DNA of 64,000 bases from Eledone cirrhosa (Eukaryota). Numbering within the stretch: position 1 is the first letter of the stretch; each line of letters begins with the position of its first letter. Below are positions 1 through 14,616 of this stretch, one piece after another. The stretch is from NCBI GenBank assembly GCA_964016885.1, contig OZ024740.1:127286001-127350000 (forward strand). The letters are read 5' to 3'. Below the pieces are notes generated by a model. The model had not been told where the DNA came from and searched no databases. It saw only the letters and a list, made by a program, of their open reading frames with translations. The translations under genes were made by a program, and so were the position numbers.

Positions 1-1380
1 AAGATTTTGGCCAAGGAGTTAGCAAAGAGATTGGCGCATGTCGTCGAGGATTTGGTTGGGGAGGTGAAAACTTCCGCAATCCCAGCTAGGTCCATACACG
101 AGAACTTCCACCTCATGCGATACATCATAGAGAGGGTATCGTGTAAACCAGGCTTCGGTGGGTCAATTTAGATCAATCGAAAGCATTCGATAGGGTCGAC
201 AATCCATATCTGGAGCTGTCCTCAAAGCAGCTGGCTTCGGCCTTGTCTTCAGAAGCTGAATCGCTGCAATGCACAGCGACACCTGCTCGGTGGTCAAGGT
301 TAATCGCCACATCTCAAAACCGTTTCGGCTCTCACGATAGGTCTGGCAAGTATGTACGTATTGACTCTCGAGCCTTTACTGTAGAAGCTGGAGCTGCTGC
401 AGGGCATCCCGCTCGAACCGGGACGTGGAAAGTTTGTGTCGGCTTACGCGGACGACATCACCGTGATGGTGTCGGACACCTCGGAAATCGAGGTGGTCGG
501 CACCTTATTGAAGGAATATGAAAGGTTTACAGGAGCCAAACTTAACCCGGAAAAGTCGGTGGGCTTGCAACTCGGCACCTGGAGAAGCAAGTCCATGCCC
601 TCCAACAGCGTCGTGCAGCGCTGGATGGACGCACCGGTAAAGTTGCTCGGGGTTTGGTTCTGACCAGTCCTCCAGGTTGAAAAGAATTGGGACGGGGTAA
701 CGAGCATGGTAGCCAGTCTCACCCAATAATGGGTTGCGTGCAAGCTATCACTGAAAGGTCGCGCGGAGGTGGCGAATGCGTATATCTCGTCCATCATCTA
801 CTACCGCCTGACCGTCGTGCCTTGACCCCGTCCGTGCTTCGCGAATTTGGAACTGCTCCTCTTCAAATACTTGTGAAGAGGACAAGTCCCTTTGGCGAGG
901 CGGTCCATCTGCTGCCAGTACCCTCTACGCGGAGGGCTGGACAAGCCGTAGCGAACGATGCGCAGAAATGCACTGAGGCTACGACATCTCCAGATATCTG
1001 CTTAAACGGTGAACAGGTGTGGTCGCCGTTTATCTGACGGGCCTTTCCGCAGCTAGTTTATTTGACTGAGCTGCTGTCCTGGGTCAAGAAGAGACCAAGA
1101 CTGGATGACTGGCACCTGGAATGTTGCCAGGCACTCACCGTTCTCTACCAAGCGAGCAATGCGATCAGTGGAACTTCCACCCTCGAGTTCTATAGAGGAT
1201 TAGGGGTGGGCAAGTTCAATGACGTACTCTGAGAAGCTTTGGGCCACGACGAATTCGAATTGACCAGTCTGTTCCGTAGGAATTTTATATCTTCATTTTT
1301 AAAGTGTGCACTTTTACTCGACCTTATTGTAAACCACCACTGTGTCTTTGTACATGTCGGCCCATGTGGCCTATAAAGAA
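1..1380 (+). mobile_element. Degenerate Tx1/L1-clade non-LTR retrotransposon, RT region (runs off the left edge)
   Basis: Broken frames give RT motifs KILAKELAKRL, DQSKAFDRVD, SAYADDITVMV, GAKLNPEKS and VKLLGVWF, with frameshifts and stops. The right boundary is uncertain. Confidence 0.8.
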
Positions 1381-1403
1381 CATTATTATTATTATTATTA
1401 TTA

Positions 1404-2516
1404 TTTGCATTTATCTTGCTTTATGTTTATACGAGTTATCACCAAGTCACAACCAGTGACCTCAAGAGACAACAAGGTCCGCCATGTTCAAGAAAGAACA
1501 CACATATTCACACATGCATCCTTAGTGTTTAGACTTGTGATGTACTTATATTGACAGGATCTTCCTTAGTATATGGGCAGTTCCCATTAGTACTATCTTT
1601 TGTATTTCTCCTATACGCGGGTTTCCTGGGATTTGCGATAAGTAGTCGTTAGACCCCTTAGGTATCATTCCCAGAGCGCCTACAACCACTGGTATTGTTT
1701 TAGTTCTCAATTTCCACATTTTTCCAATTTCTATCTCCAGGTCCTTATACTTGCTCAATTTTTCAAATGTTTTTATAGATACATTCTTGTCTATTGGAAC
1801 AGACATATCAATTAGCAGGCATACCCTCCTTTGAAAGTCCTTCAATATTATATCAGGTCTATTTGCATCTATTTTTCGGTCTGTTTGGATGCTAAAGTTC
1901 CACAAGATTGAGATGTGATCTTTTTCAAGTATGGGAGGTGGTTGATGCTCCCACCAATTCTTTTGATGGGGCAGGTCAAAATGCTTACACATTATCCAAT
2001 GTATGTATTGTGCAGCTCTGTCATGCCTGTTTAGGTATTCGGTTGGAGCTATAGGACTGCACATTGAAATTATATGGTCAATGGTCTCTGGTTGTTTTTT
2101 GCATACACGGCATAATGGGCTGCACCCATTTTTTATTATGTTGGCTTGGTAATTTTTTGTTGGCAGACACTGATCTTGTGCGGATATAATCAGTCCTTCA
2201 GTCTCCGATTTCAGTCCAGAGGATGCCAACCACTGATGGGTTAAAGTTTTGTCAACATCAGGATTGTTAGCTCGCTCTGGGTATTTTCCATACAGAGGCT
2301 TTTCTTGCCATTTCTTAGCCAATTTCTGTAGCAGTTCTTTCTTTGCAGTTACTTTTACCTGCTTTGCTTTTTCTGTGTTTTCCATTTCAGCAGTAAATGG
2401 GACTTCTGAAATTTGTAGTCCATTACTGTATCTTTGTGCATCTTTTGTAATGGAATATGATCTTTTGGTGCTTTCGTGTTTCAAAACGAGTTTGATCATC
2501 CAATCATGTGATTCCC
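1404..2516 (-). mobile_element. 5'-truncated R4/Dong-like non-LTR element 1 (CCHC finger + restriction-like endonuclease)
   Basis: ORF 1546..2595(-) contains CRVC..ETIDHIISMC, RPDIIL..LIDMSVP..KLSKYKDL and ends LMGTAHILRKILSI. It is flanked by (TAA)n at 1382-1403 and 2517-2577. The poly-Ile N-terminus is the microsatellite. Confidence 0.9.
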
Positions 2517-2566
<50 letters not shown>

Positions 2567-2577
2567 GTTATTGTTAT

Positions 2578-4755
2578 TCCTTGAATCTCAGTCATTGATG
2601 TTGGTTAACTGGAAAGTCCGTTGGATTGAATATCAAGCCACTACCTGCAGCCTCAGATATTCAGGACGTATCGGAGGGTTCTTGCCGTTCCAAACAAGCA
2701 TGCCTTTTGAAGCGTTCCAAAAAGCGTGAAGGGGCCGATTTTCTTTAACCATCCCTGGAAACCTTTGGAGATAGTCCCCAGTGCGCCTATGACAATCGGG
2801 ATCACTTTGACTTCATGGCAGTTCCAAATCCTTTTCACCTCCCACTTTAGGTCCTGGTATCGGTTAATTTTCTCCCTCTCCTTCTCTTGCACTCTCGTGT
2901 CGAACGGGCAGGCCACATCCACAATCAGGCACGATCTTTTTTCTTTGTCCACAACCACCAGGTCAGGTCTATTGTGTTCCAGTTTTTTGTCCGTCTGTAT
3001 CCTAAAATCCCACAGCACCTTCACCTGACTGTTCTCCATCACCGCCTCTGGCCTATGCTCATACCATTTCTCAGAATGTGGTAGATTGTTTACTTTGCAC
3101 AGGTGCCAGTGGATCACCCTGCCCATCACATCGTGTCTCCAGCCCTTATAGTGGGTCTGGGCTAGGTGTTTACACTCGGACACAATGTGAGCCACAGTCT
3201 CCTCTCTCTCTCCACAGATCCTGCACAGTGGGCTAGCCTCCTCCTTGTAGATATGGTGCTTCAACCACTTCGTTTTGAGGGCCTGCTCCTGCGCAGCCAT
3301 TAGCATTCCTTCTGTAGCCTTTTTGAGGTCTCCTCTTCTCAACCAGTTCCATGTCTGTGGATCTCTAAATTCAGTTTTCTCAAAGAAGGTACTATGAAGG
3401 GATTTTCCCTTAAGGCTGCTCTTCCTCCTTGATGTTATTTCCTCCTTGGATATCCCCTGGCCTACTGTCCCCTCCTTCAGTACAGCTCTGAGCATTGGCT
3501 CCTTACTATAGGTCACGTATTTGTATAGGTTGTTTTTCTCCATCTGAACACAGTCCTCTATGCTGATAAGACCTCTTCCACCCTCAGATCTCCTTAGGTA
3601 GAGTCTATCGACATCACTCCTCTTGTGGAACATGTTGTAGATAGTCAATAGCTTCCTAGTCTTCCTATCCATTTCTTTTTGTTCAGCAACATTCCATCTC
3701 AGAATTCCCGCACTGTACCTAATAATAGACACAGCTCGGGAATTTACTGCGCTTATGGCATTTCTGCTGTTCAGATGTGACTTCAATACGCTCCTTACTC
3801 TCCGAATGTATTCAGTTCTTAACAATTCCTTCATTTTTTTGTTCGTTATGCCATCAGCCTCCAGAACGCCCAAATACTTGTATCCTTCCTCAGAGTCAAT
3901 TTCCTTTATCATCTCACCTGTTGGTATCTGGATCCCGTTACTTCTGCTCAACCTACCCCTCCTCATCACAATGACTCCACATTTACCAATACCAAACTGC
4001 ATACATATATCACTGCTGAAAATACGGTCAGTGTCAACAAGCACATCCAACTCCTTCTCACTTTTCCCGAAGAGCTTAAGATCGTCCATGAAGAGGAGGT
4101 GATTGATGGTAAGCTCTCCCCTTCCCAACTTGTATCCTGCTGTCACTTTTCGCAGCATAATGGTCAAGGGCATCAGGGCAAGGACAAACAACAGAGGGGA
4201 CAGGCTATCTCCCTGGAAGATACCTCTCTTGATCTTCACGCTTCCCAAGGATACTCCAGTTGATGTCAACTCTGTCTCCCAGGACCCCATACTCCTGCCC
4301 AGCAACTGTCTGATGTTATCTGCCACCCTGAAGATCTCCAGGCTTTTGGTGATCCAGGAATGAGGCACCATGTCAAATGCCTTTCTGTAGTCTATCCATC
4401 CCATGGCAAGATCAGTGTGTCTCCTCCTGCAATTCCCCATTACCATCTTATCAATAAGCAACTGGTCCTTTGTACCACGTGACTTCTTTCGGCATCCTTT
4501 CTGTTCGTCCGGCAACAAGTTGTTTGTGTGGAGGTGATGGTAGATTTCCTCAGACACAATGCTCGTCAACAGTTTCCACATTACGGGCAGACATGTGATA
4601 GGTCTATAGTTGGTAACATCATTACCCTTGATTCGGTCTTTCATTATCAGAACTGTGGTACCTTTTGTCAACCACTCTGGCACCTCACCCGACACCAAGC
4701 AGTCATTGAACATGGCCGTCAGCTTCGGGTGGAGGGATGTTAAATGTTTAATCCA

Positions 4756-4756
<1 letters not shown>
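2578..4756 (-). mobile_element. 5'-truncated R4/Dong-like non-LTR element 2 (RT + CCHC + RLE), uninterrupted ~700-aa frame
   Basis: ORF 2653..4863(-) contains NYRPITCL, WIDYRKAFDMVPH, GIFQGDSLSP, LFMDDLKL, CRICGEREETVAHIVSEC and RPDLVV..VDVACP. It is flanked by (TAA)n at 2517-2577 and 4757-4809. Confidence 0.93.
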
Positions 4757-4811
<55 letters not shown>

Positions 4812-4984
4812 GAGGGCGGTGTATTTCCAGAATCGGTAGATAATTGGACAACACACTTTGCAATATTGAGTTACACCCCTTTGCGCTCTGATTAATGCTT
4901 TATATCAATTTAGTTGCATCGATTGTAGTTCTGGGTTTATAGCTCCTGTAGTTAACGGTTTTTATTATTTTCGAATGATGAGCA

Positions 4985-5200
4985 GTGGATTGGCAGTATC
5001 GATAGAGGGTCGGGCGCCATGCTTTGCAGCATAGAGTTACGGCCCTTTATAATCTGAGTTCACATCCCGCCGCAGTTAACTTTGCCTTTCATCCTTACGG
5101 GGTAGATCAAATAAAGTACCAGGCACGCACTGGAATCGATAATCGACTTTCCCCTCCCCCAAATTGCTGGCCTTGAGCCTATATAACAAACCATTATTTG
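4985..5200 (+). mobile_element. tRNA-derived SINE, family 1
   Basis: B-box-like gagttcacatccc followed by the conserved block tttgcctttcatccttacggggtagatcaaataaagtacc. The same block recurs at ~11945(-), 52748(+), 53520(-) and 58195. Confidence 0.75.
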
Positions 5201-5292
5201 AAAACGAGAAAACAAATAATTATGAAGTAACAAAGTTGATTTATATATGAGATTTGTCACTTAAAAATAATATATTGCAGCTGATAGAAAAG

Positions 5293-5373
5293 TGGCCATC
5301 ATATTATGGTATGTAGTAATGGCCATCATATTATGGTATGTAGTAATGGCCATCATATTATGGTATGTAGTAA
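5293..5373. repeat. 27-bp minisatellite, 3 copies
   Basis: tggccatcatattatggtatgtagtaa repeated three times exactly. Confidence 0.95.
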
Positions 5374-5859
5374 TATGCCAGTAATTTGAGGGTATCCTTT
5401 TTAAAAGTATTGTTTGTATGCACAATGAAATTTTACATGACGTTAATGTGAAAATATTTATCAACAGGTGACAAACGTATACTTTCTACTCAATTATGCA
5501 AGACCAGAATTTCCTATCATATCTGCAGCATATTAATTCGATCACAGATGAATATACTTCTTAGCTTAGCAACAATAAGTCCAGCATTTCCTAGAGCAGG
5601 CATTCAATCCTTCCAAAATCAAATATTACCGACTTAGAAACCTAATAAGATACAGAAAAATCTAGAACTTCGTACAAGTTGCCCTGGGTTCACGAACCCA
5701 TTTTGTTATATGTTTGCACAAACATTTTGTCAAGTAACAGCAACTGAATGCTTCTCAATCCAACAAGAGTGCTTCTAAGGGGTTGCTTAAACTACTAGAA
5801 ATAACATATAAAAATTCTGAAATCTGGACTTATTTTATACTTCATTTTCCACTGTTCTT

Positions 5860-6420
5860 TGGCAAGAGAACAATCAAAACTTCATACCACCTGTCTCTGT
5901 TCCCCATCAAGTTTAGTAGGAATTCCGAGTTAATCCCAGTATCACTTGCTATTGTATTCTGGTATCTGAAGTTTCTTATAGCGGAGATCTTCCACAAGTG
6001 AACAGTGGTATGAAGCCATCTCATCTTTTGGAAAAGCAGTTTCTGTTTTTACACAAAGACTTTCTAGCCTCTATATCAAATGTATGTGTGATATCGGCAG
6101 ACTGGTTGCTGTGAAAATATCAGCATTGCGATATTCTATTAGAAGTAGACACGAATTTTAATTTCCTTTTCTAGTATGGATTCTAGGGTAGCATTAATGT
6201 GTATTTTAACGTATACTACTACTATACATATCATTGTCTAGAATATACTAGAGCCAGAGTATTATAAGGAAGATCTTATGTAAGACTGCTTCAGCTAACA
6301 ATACAGACATGTAACCAATATGAAACTTTCTGAGCAAGATAAAAAGCTTAGAAGTGGCATGTGATGAACGCATATAATTCGAAAATATGCATCTTGTTAG
6401 GGATATAAAGAAATATTTAT
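5860..6420 (-). mobile_element. Highly decayed RTE-like LINE 3' fragment
   Basis: The minus-strand translation ends ...YQNTIASDTGINSEFLLNLMGNRDRWYEV, resembling RTE ORF C-termini. Upstream frames are broken. Confidence 0.45.
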
Positions 6421-6686
6421 CACTTACAACACGAGTAACAAGGTTGTACATCACCGTATACAGATACATGTTTCATTTCCTTTTATACAAGTGTGTTGTA
6501 TGAAACACACACTAATGTAATATAGACAACAACAAATGGAAGCAATTTAGTCACCTTCACGGTGGTTGGTATATATAAGATATATGATGTAATATGATAA
6601 ATAAAACTGTGAGTGGTATATAGAGGTATGTGTGTGTATGTATATCTTTTTTTTTTTTTATATATATATGTATATATATATATATA

Positions 6687-6810
6687 TGTGAAGGCGTGTG
6701 GCTGAGTGGTTAGAGAATTGGATTCGCAATCGTAATGTTGTGAGTTCGATTCCTGGACCAGGCGATGCGTTATGTCCTTGAGCAAGACACTTTATTTCAC
6801 GTTGCTCCAT
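6687..6810 (+). mobile_element. tRNA-derived SINE, family 2 (3'-truncated)
   Basis: A box tggctgagtgg, B box gagttcgattcc, then core tgtccttgagcaagacactt. Confidence 0.75.
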
Positions 6811-6908
6811 CTACCTGGAGTTGCGACCGATAGATAGTATTAGCAATTGGAAAGACCAACGGAAACATTGTTCCCTCGGTCCGATTTGACGAAAGTCGAT
6901 CGTTCCTT

Positions 6909-6943
<35 letters not shown>

Positions 6944-6961
6944 ACATATATATATATATGC

Positions 6962-6997
<36 letters not shown>

Positions 6998-7221
6998 CAT
7001 ACATATATATACATATATATATATTTATATATACTTATATTTATGCACATGTACACCCTCGTAGATTCACTTACATATATTCATACATACTTACATACAA
7101 ACAAATATAACATATATATGTACATATATATATATATATATACATATATTTATGCACATGTACACCCTCGTTGATTCACTTACATATATCCATACATACT
7201 TACATACAAACAAATATAACC

Positions 7222-7285
<64 letters not shown>

Positions 7286-7659
7286 ACGTTCACACTTGAT
7301 GCATATATTTTCTTACACTCATCAGTATTCATGTAGAAAAACGGTGTGGATGATTATATAAATGAAATTATGAATAGCAATATAAGTGTGTGTGTCTAAA
7401 TATATATGCCTATTCATTCAAAGTAGCGAACGTTAAAAAAAGGCCAATGATAAGGAAACCAAATAAAGCATGGAACTGAATTGTAATGACATAATTGGTG
7501 CCATTCAACCTGTTATTGATTTTGGCAGCAATATAAAAACGAATAGCAATAGAAATTCATAGAACGAGGATCATTAGGCACTTGCAGTTAACTGAATCGA
7601 CTTTGAGAAGTGAAGCCGAATAATTCAACTCTTCAACGGTTGAAAGAAATATCGAATTG

Positions 7660-7738
<79 letters not shown>

Positions 7739-7830
7739 TGTATATACATGCACACATACACACACACATACACATACACATACACATATAGTTATACATA
7801 CATGGAAACACACATACATAAATAAATAAA

Positions 7831-7894
<64 letters not shown>

Positions 7895-7895
7895 C

Positions 7896-7951
<56 letters not shown>

Positions 7952-9499
7952 GTATATATATATGTATATATATATTTATATGCGTGTGATGAGTGTATGC
8001 GTGTGTATGCACACATAATTCCGCACTCCCTCACATCTCTATTCTATGAAATACCAAATCGGTTTCTATAGATGCATAAAATACATCTGACTCCCCTTTC
8101 TCTCACCCTGTTCTCCATGCCCTCTTATCCCTCCCTTTCTCTTTGACTTTCTCAACATATATATATATATATATATATACATGCATAAAATTGTCCCATT
8201 TTATGCATGCACGTAAACATGAATTATTACGTGTAGATATCTATTTTAGTGTATGTTTAAATTTTGTCATATAATTAGACATGCCTTTACATAAATATAT
8301 GTATAAACGCAGAATATGATACTTGCTTTCACATCTTAGTATTCTACTTGGAAGCGTTAATACATAACATTAAAAATGGGGATATAAATTCACAAGTTTT
8401 TCACGATTAATATATCAGCTCATCGCTGGATTATCCATAAGCAAAATAAGTACATCCTTTGGGCCTCCGGAAACATTTAGTTCCAGATTTACAATAGAAC
8501 ATATTTCAATTTTGCAGATGAATCGGCTTTTAATCTGACAGTGTGTGTGTGTGTGTGTGGGGGGGGGGTTGTATGTGTGAGCGCGTGCGTGCGCATGGGC
8601 GTGTGTATATATTTGTGTTTGTAATGATTTTAAAATCACTGGGTATTATGGCATTCTATCATTCTTATCCTTCTAAAAATGCTGAATCTTCAAAACGTTA
8701 GCTCTCAACCTGGGAAAGATATGCATACACATGCCAAGAATAAAATTCCCACCCCGTAGACATCAATGACATTTTAACCTATGGGATTATACCAATCGCC
8801 GGCTGGTAAATTGCGACTGCTCTCGCCAAACTAAACCCCCTAAATAAATCTTCCGTTTAACGAATCTAGATGTGACATTTTATTTTTGAAATCGCATGTC
8901 ATGCTCCGATCACTGCAATGCAATATTCGCCATGTGTATATGTCCCCAAATGCAGTGAAATGAAATTTCGTTTGCCACTATTGCATTTCTGCTATCACCT
9001 GCTTTTTTTAAAGTACATATAATAAAAACAAACCGATGTACATCTGAATTTTTCAAAAATATTCTGTACTTTATAATTTAAGTATAGGACATTTGTTAAT
9101 ATGCCGTACAATGTAGAACGATATAGCAGTAAACTTTGACGCTGAATAATTGATTTCTCGCTAAGCAATATTTTTAGAATATACAGAATATACGATTTCT
9201 ACATAAAGGTAACAAGATTGCCCCAATAAGATTGCCATCATGCAATTTGAGTTTGATTGGCCGAATGACTTCGGTTTTAGTTGCATTGAGATTTGGGACT
9301 TCAGTAAAAAAACAAAAAGAATCAGGAAAAAACAAGAAAACAGGAACGTCCCACAATGGTTTATAAGCCGGAGTGAACGAACCATCAACATCCAGCTTTG
9401 GCTTTCTTCATTTTGGTGGCAACACATAACCTTTTAAAAAATATAGCTATTTAGCATGCTTGTATAGCGCAACAGATGGGATATTTCACTAAATCTTTA

Positions 9500-11030
9500 C
9501 TATTAAAATGTGGCAATGTGGACTTATTCCTTCATGGGCAGTGGCCCACCCACCAGGAACATTTCTCCTCTATACATGAAGTACCCAGTTTCGAGCTATC
9601 ATTCTCTCTCGGACATACCAATAAGCTAGTCTTGTCTTTTCGTATCTTAAGCCCCAGAGCTATTCATTCCTCAATCACCTCCGACGATTTTACGTTCAAT
9701 CCGAAACACTTTATCTGTCGTTGCCAACACCACTGTTATTGCCACTTGGATATCAAGTGTATACGAATTAGTAGTTCTTTCCAAATTTTCCAATTTTCCC
9801 AGGATGGACTTGATAATTGTTACCATAATCTTCGCTGAAGATTAGAATAGATCCCAGCCTAGTCAACCAGATACGACTAGCTTTAATACCTTACTAGTTG
9901 ATACTTCCGCAGATACTCAGCTACATGTAGCTACAGGTGTGCTGATTTCACGTCGACAATTGAGGAAGCCATCGTTTTCTCTTTCCACTCCCTTAAAGTT
10001 TCATCGACCTTGTGGCCCGACTCCTTTGTCGTTCAACTCACGAACTTCCAATACTGGCGTGACAGTGGTTTTAGTTGGCTGCACAACTTTCCATTAGAGC
10101 CAGCACTCCACTTTTCTTCAATACCTTTCATTTACTGCAAACGCCTTCTGCCGTAGGCTTTCGTATGACTATCACCACAGCATTCCGCTACATATTTAAC
10201 GTCTGCACATGGGCTTGAGTGGATAGTTCACCCATTCTTATAGATTCGTTTTCCGGCATTTGTGTCTGCCTCACAGATATATTATCGAGCAGGCTATTTT
10301 TCCAAAGCTAAGCAAATCGAATTTTCCAGGTCTTCTATAAACTCAGACAATTTAGTTAATCTCTGGATTTCAGTCGCACCCACGTCCACTTGCTCTTCCA
10401 CCTAACTCGTCTTCCGAGTGTCGTAAAAGCAGTGTACGCCTCTCCAGTTAACGTTTTCTTCAGCCTTCTGGTGATTCAGTTCATCCATTTTAGAGTACAG
10501 CACCAAAATATGTTCTTCCATGTACAGAGTTATGAGGTTCACCACATATTCAATGATTTGTAACTTTGACACGATCCTGATTGTTTAATACATTCGACCA
10601 TATCTCCCTCGTCTGATGGCATCCTCACGAGTCCTTATTTTTTTCTATATATGGTTTGCAGGCCAGACATAAAAGAAGAGGAAAAAAACACGATGGCAAA
10701 ATAGCGTGTTGTAAAGGAAAATAATCTCACTTGTAGCAGGTCCTCTCCTATCGTCGATCTTATCCAGAAGCGATATATCTGCGAGAAATGTACCTGCCAA
10801 ACGTAAGGTCATAACGCCTGGGATATATACCAAAAATCAAACCCCTACACGTTCGAATAATAGGACAGTCCAAAATGGGATGAAGGCCACAACGGTCATC
10901 TTTCCGCTTACGTGACATCACACGGCTCCCACCCTTCTGCAATAGGACACAGTGATGTCACTGGGTCAAATATTTTCGGCTAGCTTCCCGTCCTTAGATC
11001 GCCACACAAATAATATTATCTACCATATTG
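9500..11030 (-). mobile_element. Decayed LTR-retrotransposon (Gypsy-like) gag-pol remnant
   Basis: Minus strand ~9760-9960 reads IVDVKSAHL*LHVAEYLRKYQLVRY...LTRLG...KIMVTIIKSILG..NSYTLDI (decayed RT motifs). There is a zinc-knuckle remnant ICGEPH at ~10540. Boundaries are approximate and no LTRs were identified. Confidence 0.55.
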
Positions 11031-11944
11031 TACGGTTCAGAAGCATGTATACATTAGAATAGTGCGACTTAAATCTATCTAAATGAGCATTAACCTTTCA
11101 TAGACCCGGCAAAGAGCCTATAGTGATTTGAAGACATGTATATATATATATTTCACATTTATCACTGGCAAATGTAATATTTCAACTTAGGCTCTCGTAT
11201 ATATTTATATTTAAAAAAATTGTAAGACAGACTGAAACAGTGATATAGACAAAATGATATATACATCTCTCTTTCTCACACCAACCATTCCACTACAGTT
11301 GCTGCAATTTTTATGTAGCAATATAAATAATATCCCATATACTCAATATTCGACAATTTTATTTGATTTCACCATCTTTAATATGTTACATTTCAAGATT
11401 ATAAACCAAATTCATTCAGAACCATATCCTCTCTTTCATTTAGTATTTCAATGCACTATTCTCAACTGACATTTAAAGTTAGTATTCTAATAACAGGTGA
11501 TATCATACATGGTGTGATATATTATATCATTCGTGGCTTAACACTATAATATATTCACCATATATACATTAAGAACAGGGCTGTTAAGTTGAAATTCTAA
11601 GCATAATCATCCACCAGGCTGAAGTAGAGATGGACCAATCTTACTCCAACAATGATAGTTCATCTCTATCAGCTTGCTAGCCATTCCACTTCTTGTGTTA
11701 ACACATAATATGTTGTATCTATTCTGGTTTTCGAAATAGCCAATATCAATCAATTTCCTTTTATGTTAACTAAACGTGTTTCAGTCTCTCATAAAGTCGT
11801 CTTATTACTCCATATATAATATTGGGAATAAAACATTATGATTTTATGCAATTTTGTAGTTCTCAGTGTATATTCTTTTCAATCGTTTAGCAATAAACAG
11901 AACATGAAAATAAAAATGAATAACGGTTTCGTTTCTGATTAAGA

Positions 11945-12130
11945 TACACAAGGCCAAATATTTTTGGTGAGGGGAAGTCGGTTAAATCAACCCCAGTGCG
12001 TTACTGGTACTTTAAATTATCGACTCCATAAGGATGAAAGACAAAGTTAACTTCAACGGGATTTGAATCCACAACGTAATTTGAAATGCATCACAGCATG
12101 TTGTCCTATGCTATACCGATGCTGGGAATT
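11945..12130 (-). mobile_element. SINE family 1 copy
   Basis: Reverse complement of the family-1 block (ggtactttaaattatcgactccataaggatgaaagacaaag). Confidence 0.7.
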
Positions 12131-12863
12131 CACTGCTGTAAATAAAAAACCATTAAATAACGGAAGTAAGGTAAGATTCTACACCTTAGTCTGGGAGGAA
12201 TATCTTAGCTGCCCCATAGTTACAAAATGGGGAAGGCACCCGGTGTATCAGCTACTCAGGCGGAATGCACTCCTCAAAATCTTGTGGACAAAAACCACAG
12301 TTCGGTGATACAGGACACAAGAGGTTTCAAGATCAACTGGCGTTAATCTACTTCTAGAAACGTTGCAATCAAATCGATATGATATCGTAAAAATGCTACA
12401 CTGAATTCCACCTGGTGTGATTAGAATATTGTTAAAAAGGGAATAAGTAACCAAATATATTTTTTATCTAAATGATGCTAGATAAATAAAAGAAAAACAT
12501 ATCTAGAAATCATATTGTTGAAAAATATGTTCAATTAAATATACGAAAACTGTCACGCATAACATTTTATTTGAATGACATTAAGAATTATTTGATTGGT
12601 ATTAGTAGCAATGCCACAAGGCGATTCAAATTAGCTCATAGCCAAGAAATGAGAAAATAACAATGCGAAAAGACATTAAAGAAGAAACACTAGACAAAAC
12701 AAGATAGTAACACAGATATTTGACTACAGGATATACATAGAGAGTTACAATGAAATCTATAAAAAAACCCAATCACGCTTATAAATATATTTGGCATAAT
12801 ACACATAATAATATGTAACTGCGACCTGTATAAGTGTATATAAATATATATATATACATACAT

Positions 12864-12940
<77 letters not shown>

Positions 12941-12945
<5 letters not shown>

Positions 12946-13576
12946 AATGTATGTATATACATCTTCTTTCTTCTCTCTTCATAATGTATTTTTAACTCTG
13001 ATACTGGTTCAGTCTGGTTCAACCGGATTGGTCTGTCCCAGTCATTCATTGAGCAACATCGGTGAAGTTGGCACCCTTAACTCACGGTTGGGTGCGGATG
13101 CATTCATGTATATGTGTGTGTCCGCATGTATCTGTGTGTTTCTAAATATATTGTTAATAACTCCCTCTGGTCGAGCAATCTTTGAAGTGTGGGGACTGCT
13201 GGAAAGCTTCCATTACTCATACTTCTCGCCTCCTTCACCACCTCTTCTACGGCTTCGATATAAATACCCCCTCCGCCTCCGTGGTATTTTCTTCGGGGTT
13301 ATAAGAGGCTTAGCTCTGTTTCTCGACCGTTATATCGCGTGACTGTCTCCCCCTCCGCCTTTTGGGATTCTTTCTCACGTCGTGTAGACGCGTTCTTGAG
13401 ACTAGTAAAATGAGGTATCCTCTTGATAAGTCGGCAGACCTCGCAAGGACTCTATATCTTTATGATGTATTGTTTTTGTTTATGCCACGAAACTACGTAG
13501 TCGAGGAATCTAGGAGCAGTTTAGGTATGATGCATTTTATTACTAATTATATCTAAATGTTTCTTCTCTCTTCATA

Positions 13577-13582
<6 letters not shown>
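12941..13582 (+). mobile_element. (TA)n-flanked non-coding insert (~593-bp unit, 23-bp terminal direct repeat) carrying a hammerhead ribozyme; solo pLTR/retrozyme-like
   Basis: tttcttctctcttcataatgtat occurs at 12967 and 13560, with (TA)n on both sides. HHR at 13418-13507. Confidence 0.7.
13418..13507 (+). ncRNA. Type I hammerhead ribozyme (U3-A8 core variant)
   Basis: Stem I tcctc/gagga; core TTGATAA (13423-29); stem II gt-c-ggca...tgccac; GAAA (13489-92); palindromic stem III actacgtagt; GTC with predicted cleavage after 13502. Confidence 0.8.

Positions 13583-14616
<1,034 letters not shown>

Noticed and set aside
4757-4863. N-terminus of the 736-aa ORF (poly-Asn)
   Set aside because: It is read-through into the (TAA)n target and flank. 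The element is 5'-truncated at ~4756.
6687-6765. tRNA gene
   Set aside because: The A and B boxes run into a SINE core repeated elsewhere, and there is no proper cloverleaf.
7038-7220. Short local duplications (also 30595-30695 and 49572/49829)
   Set aside because: Probably slippage or local duplication next to microsatellites; no further structure seen.
6811-8034. ORFs rich in YI, HT or CV dipeptides here and throughout the window
   Set aside because: These are stop-free translations of (TA)n and (CA)n microsatellites, not genes.
8415-9440. Possible host-gene exons (also 57384-57578)
   Set aside because: No recognisable protein motif or convincing splice-bounded frame. Small exons cannot be excluded without RNA-seq.
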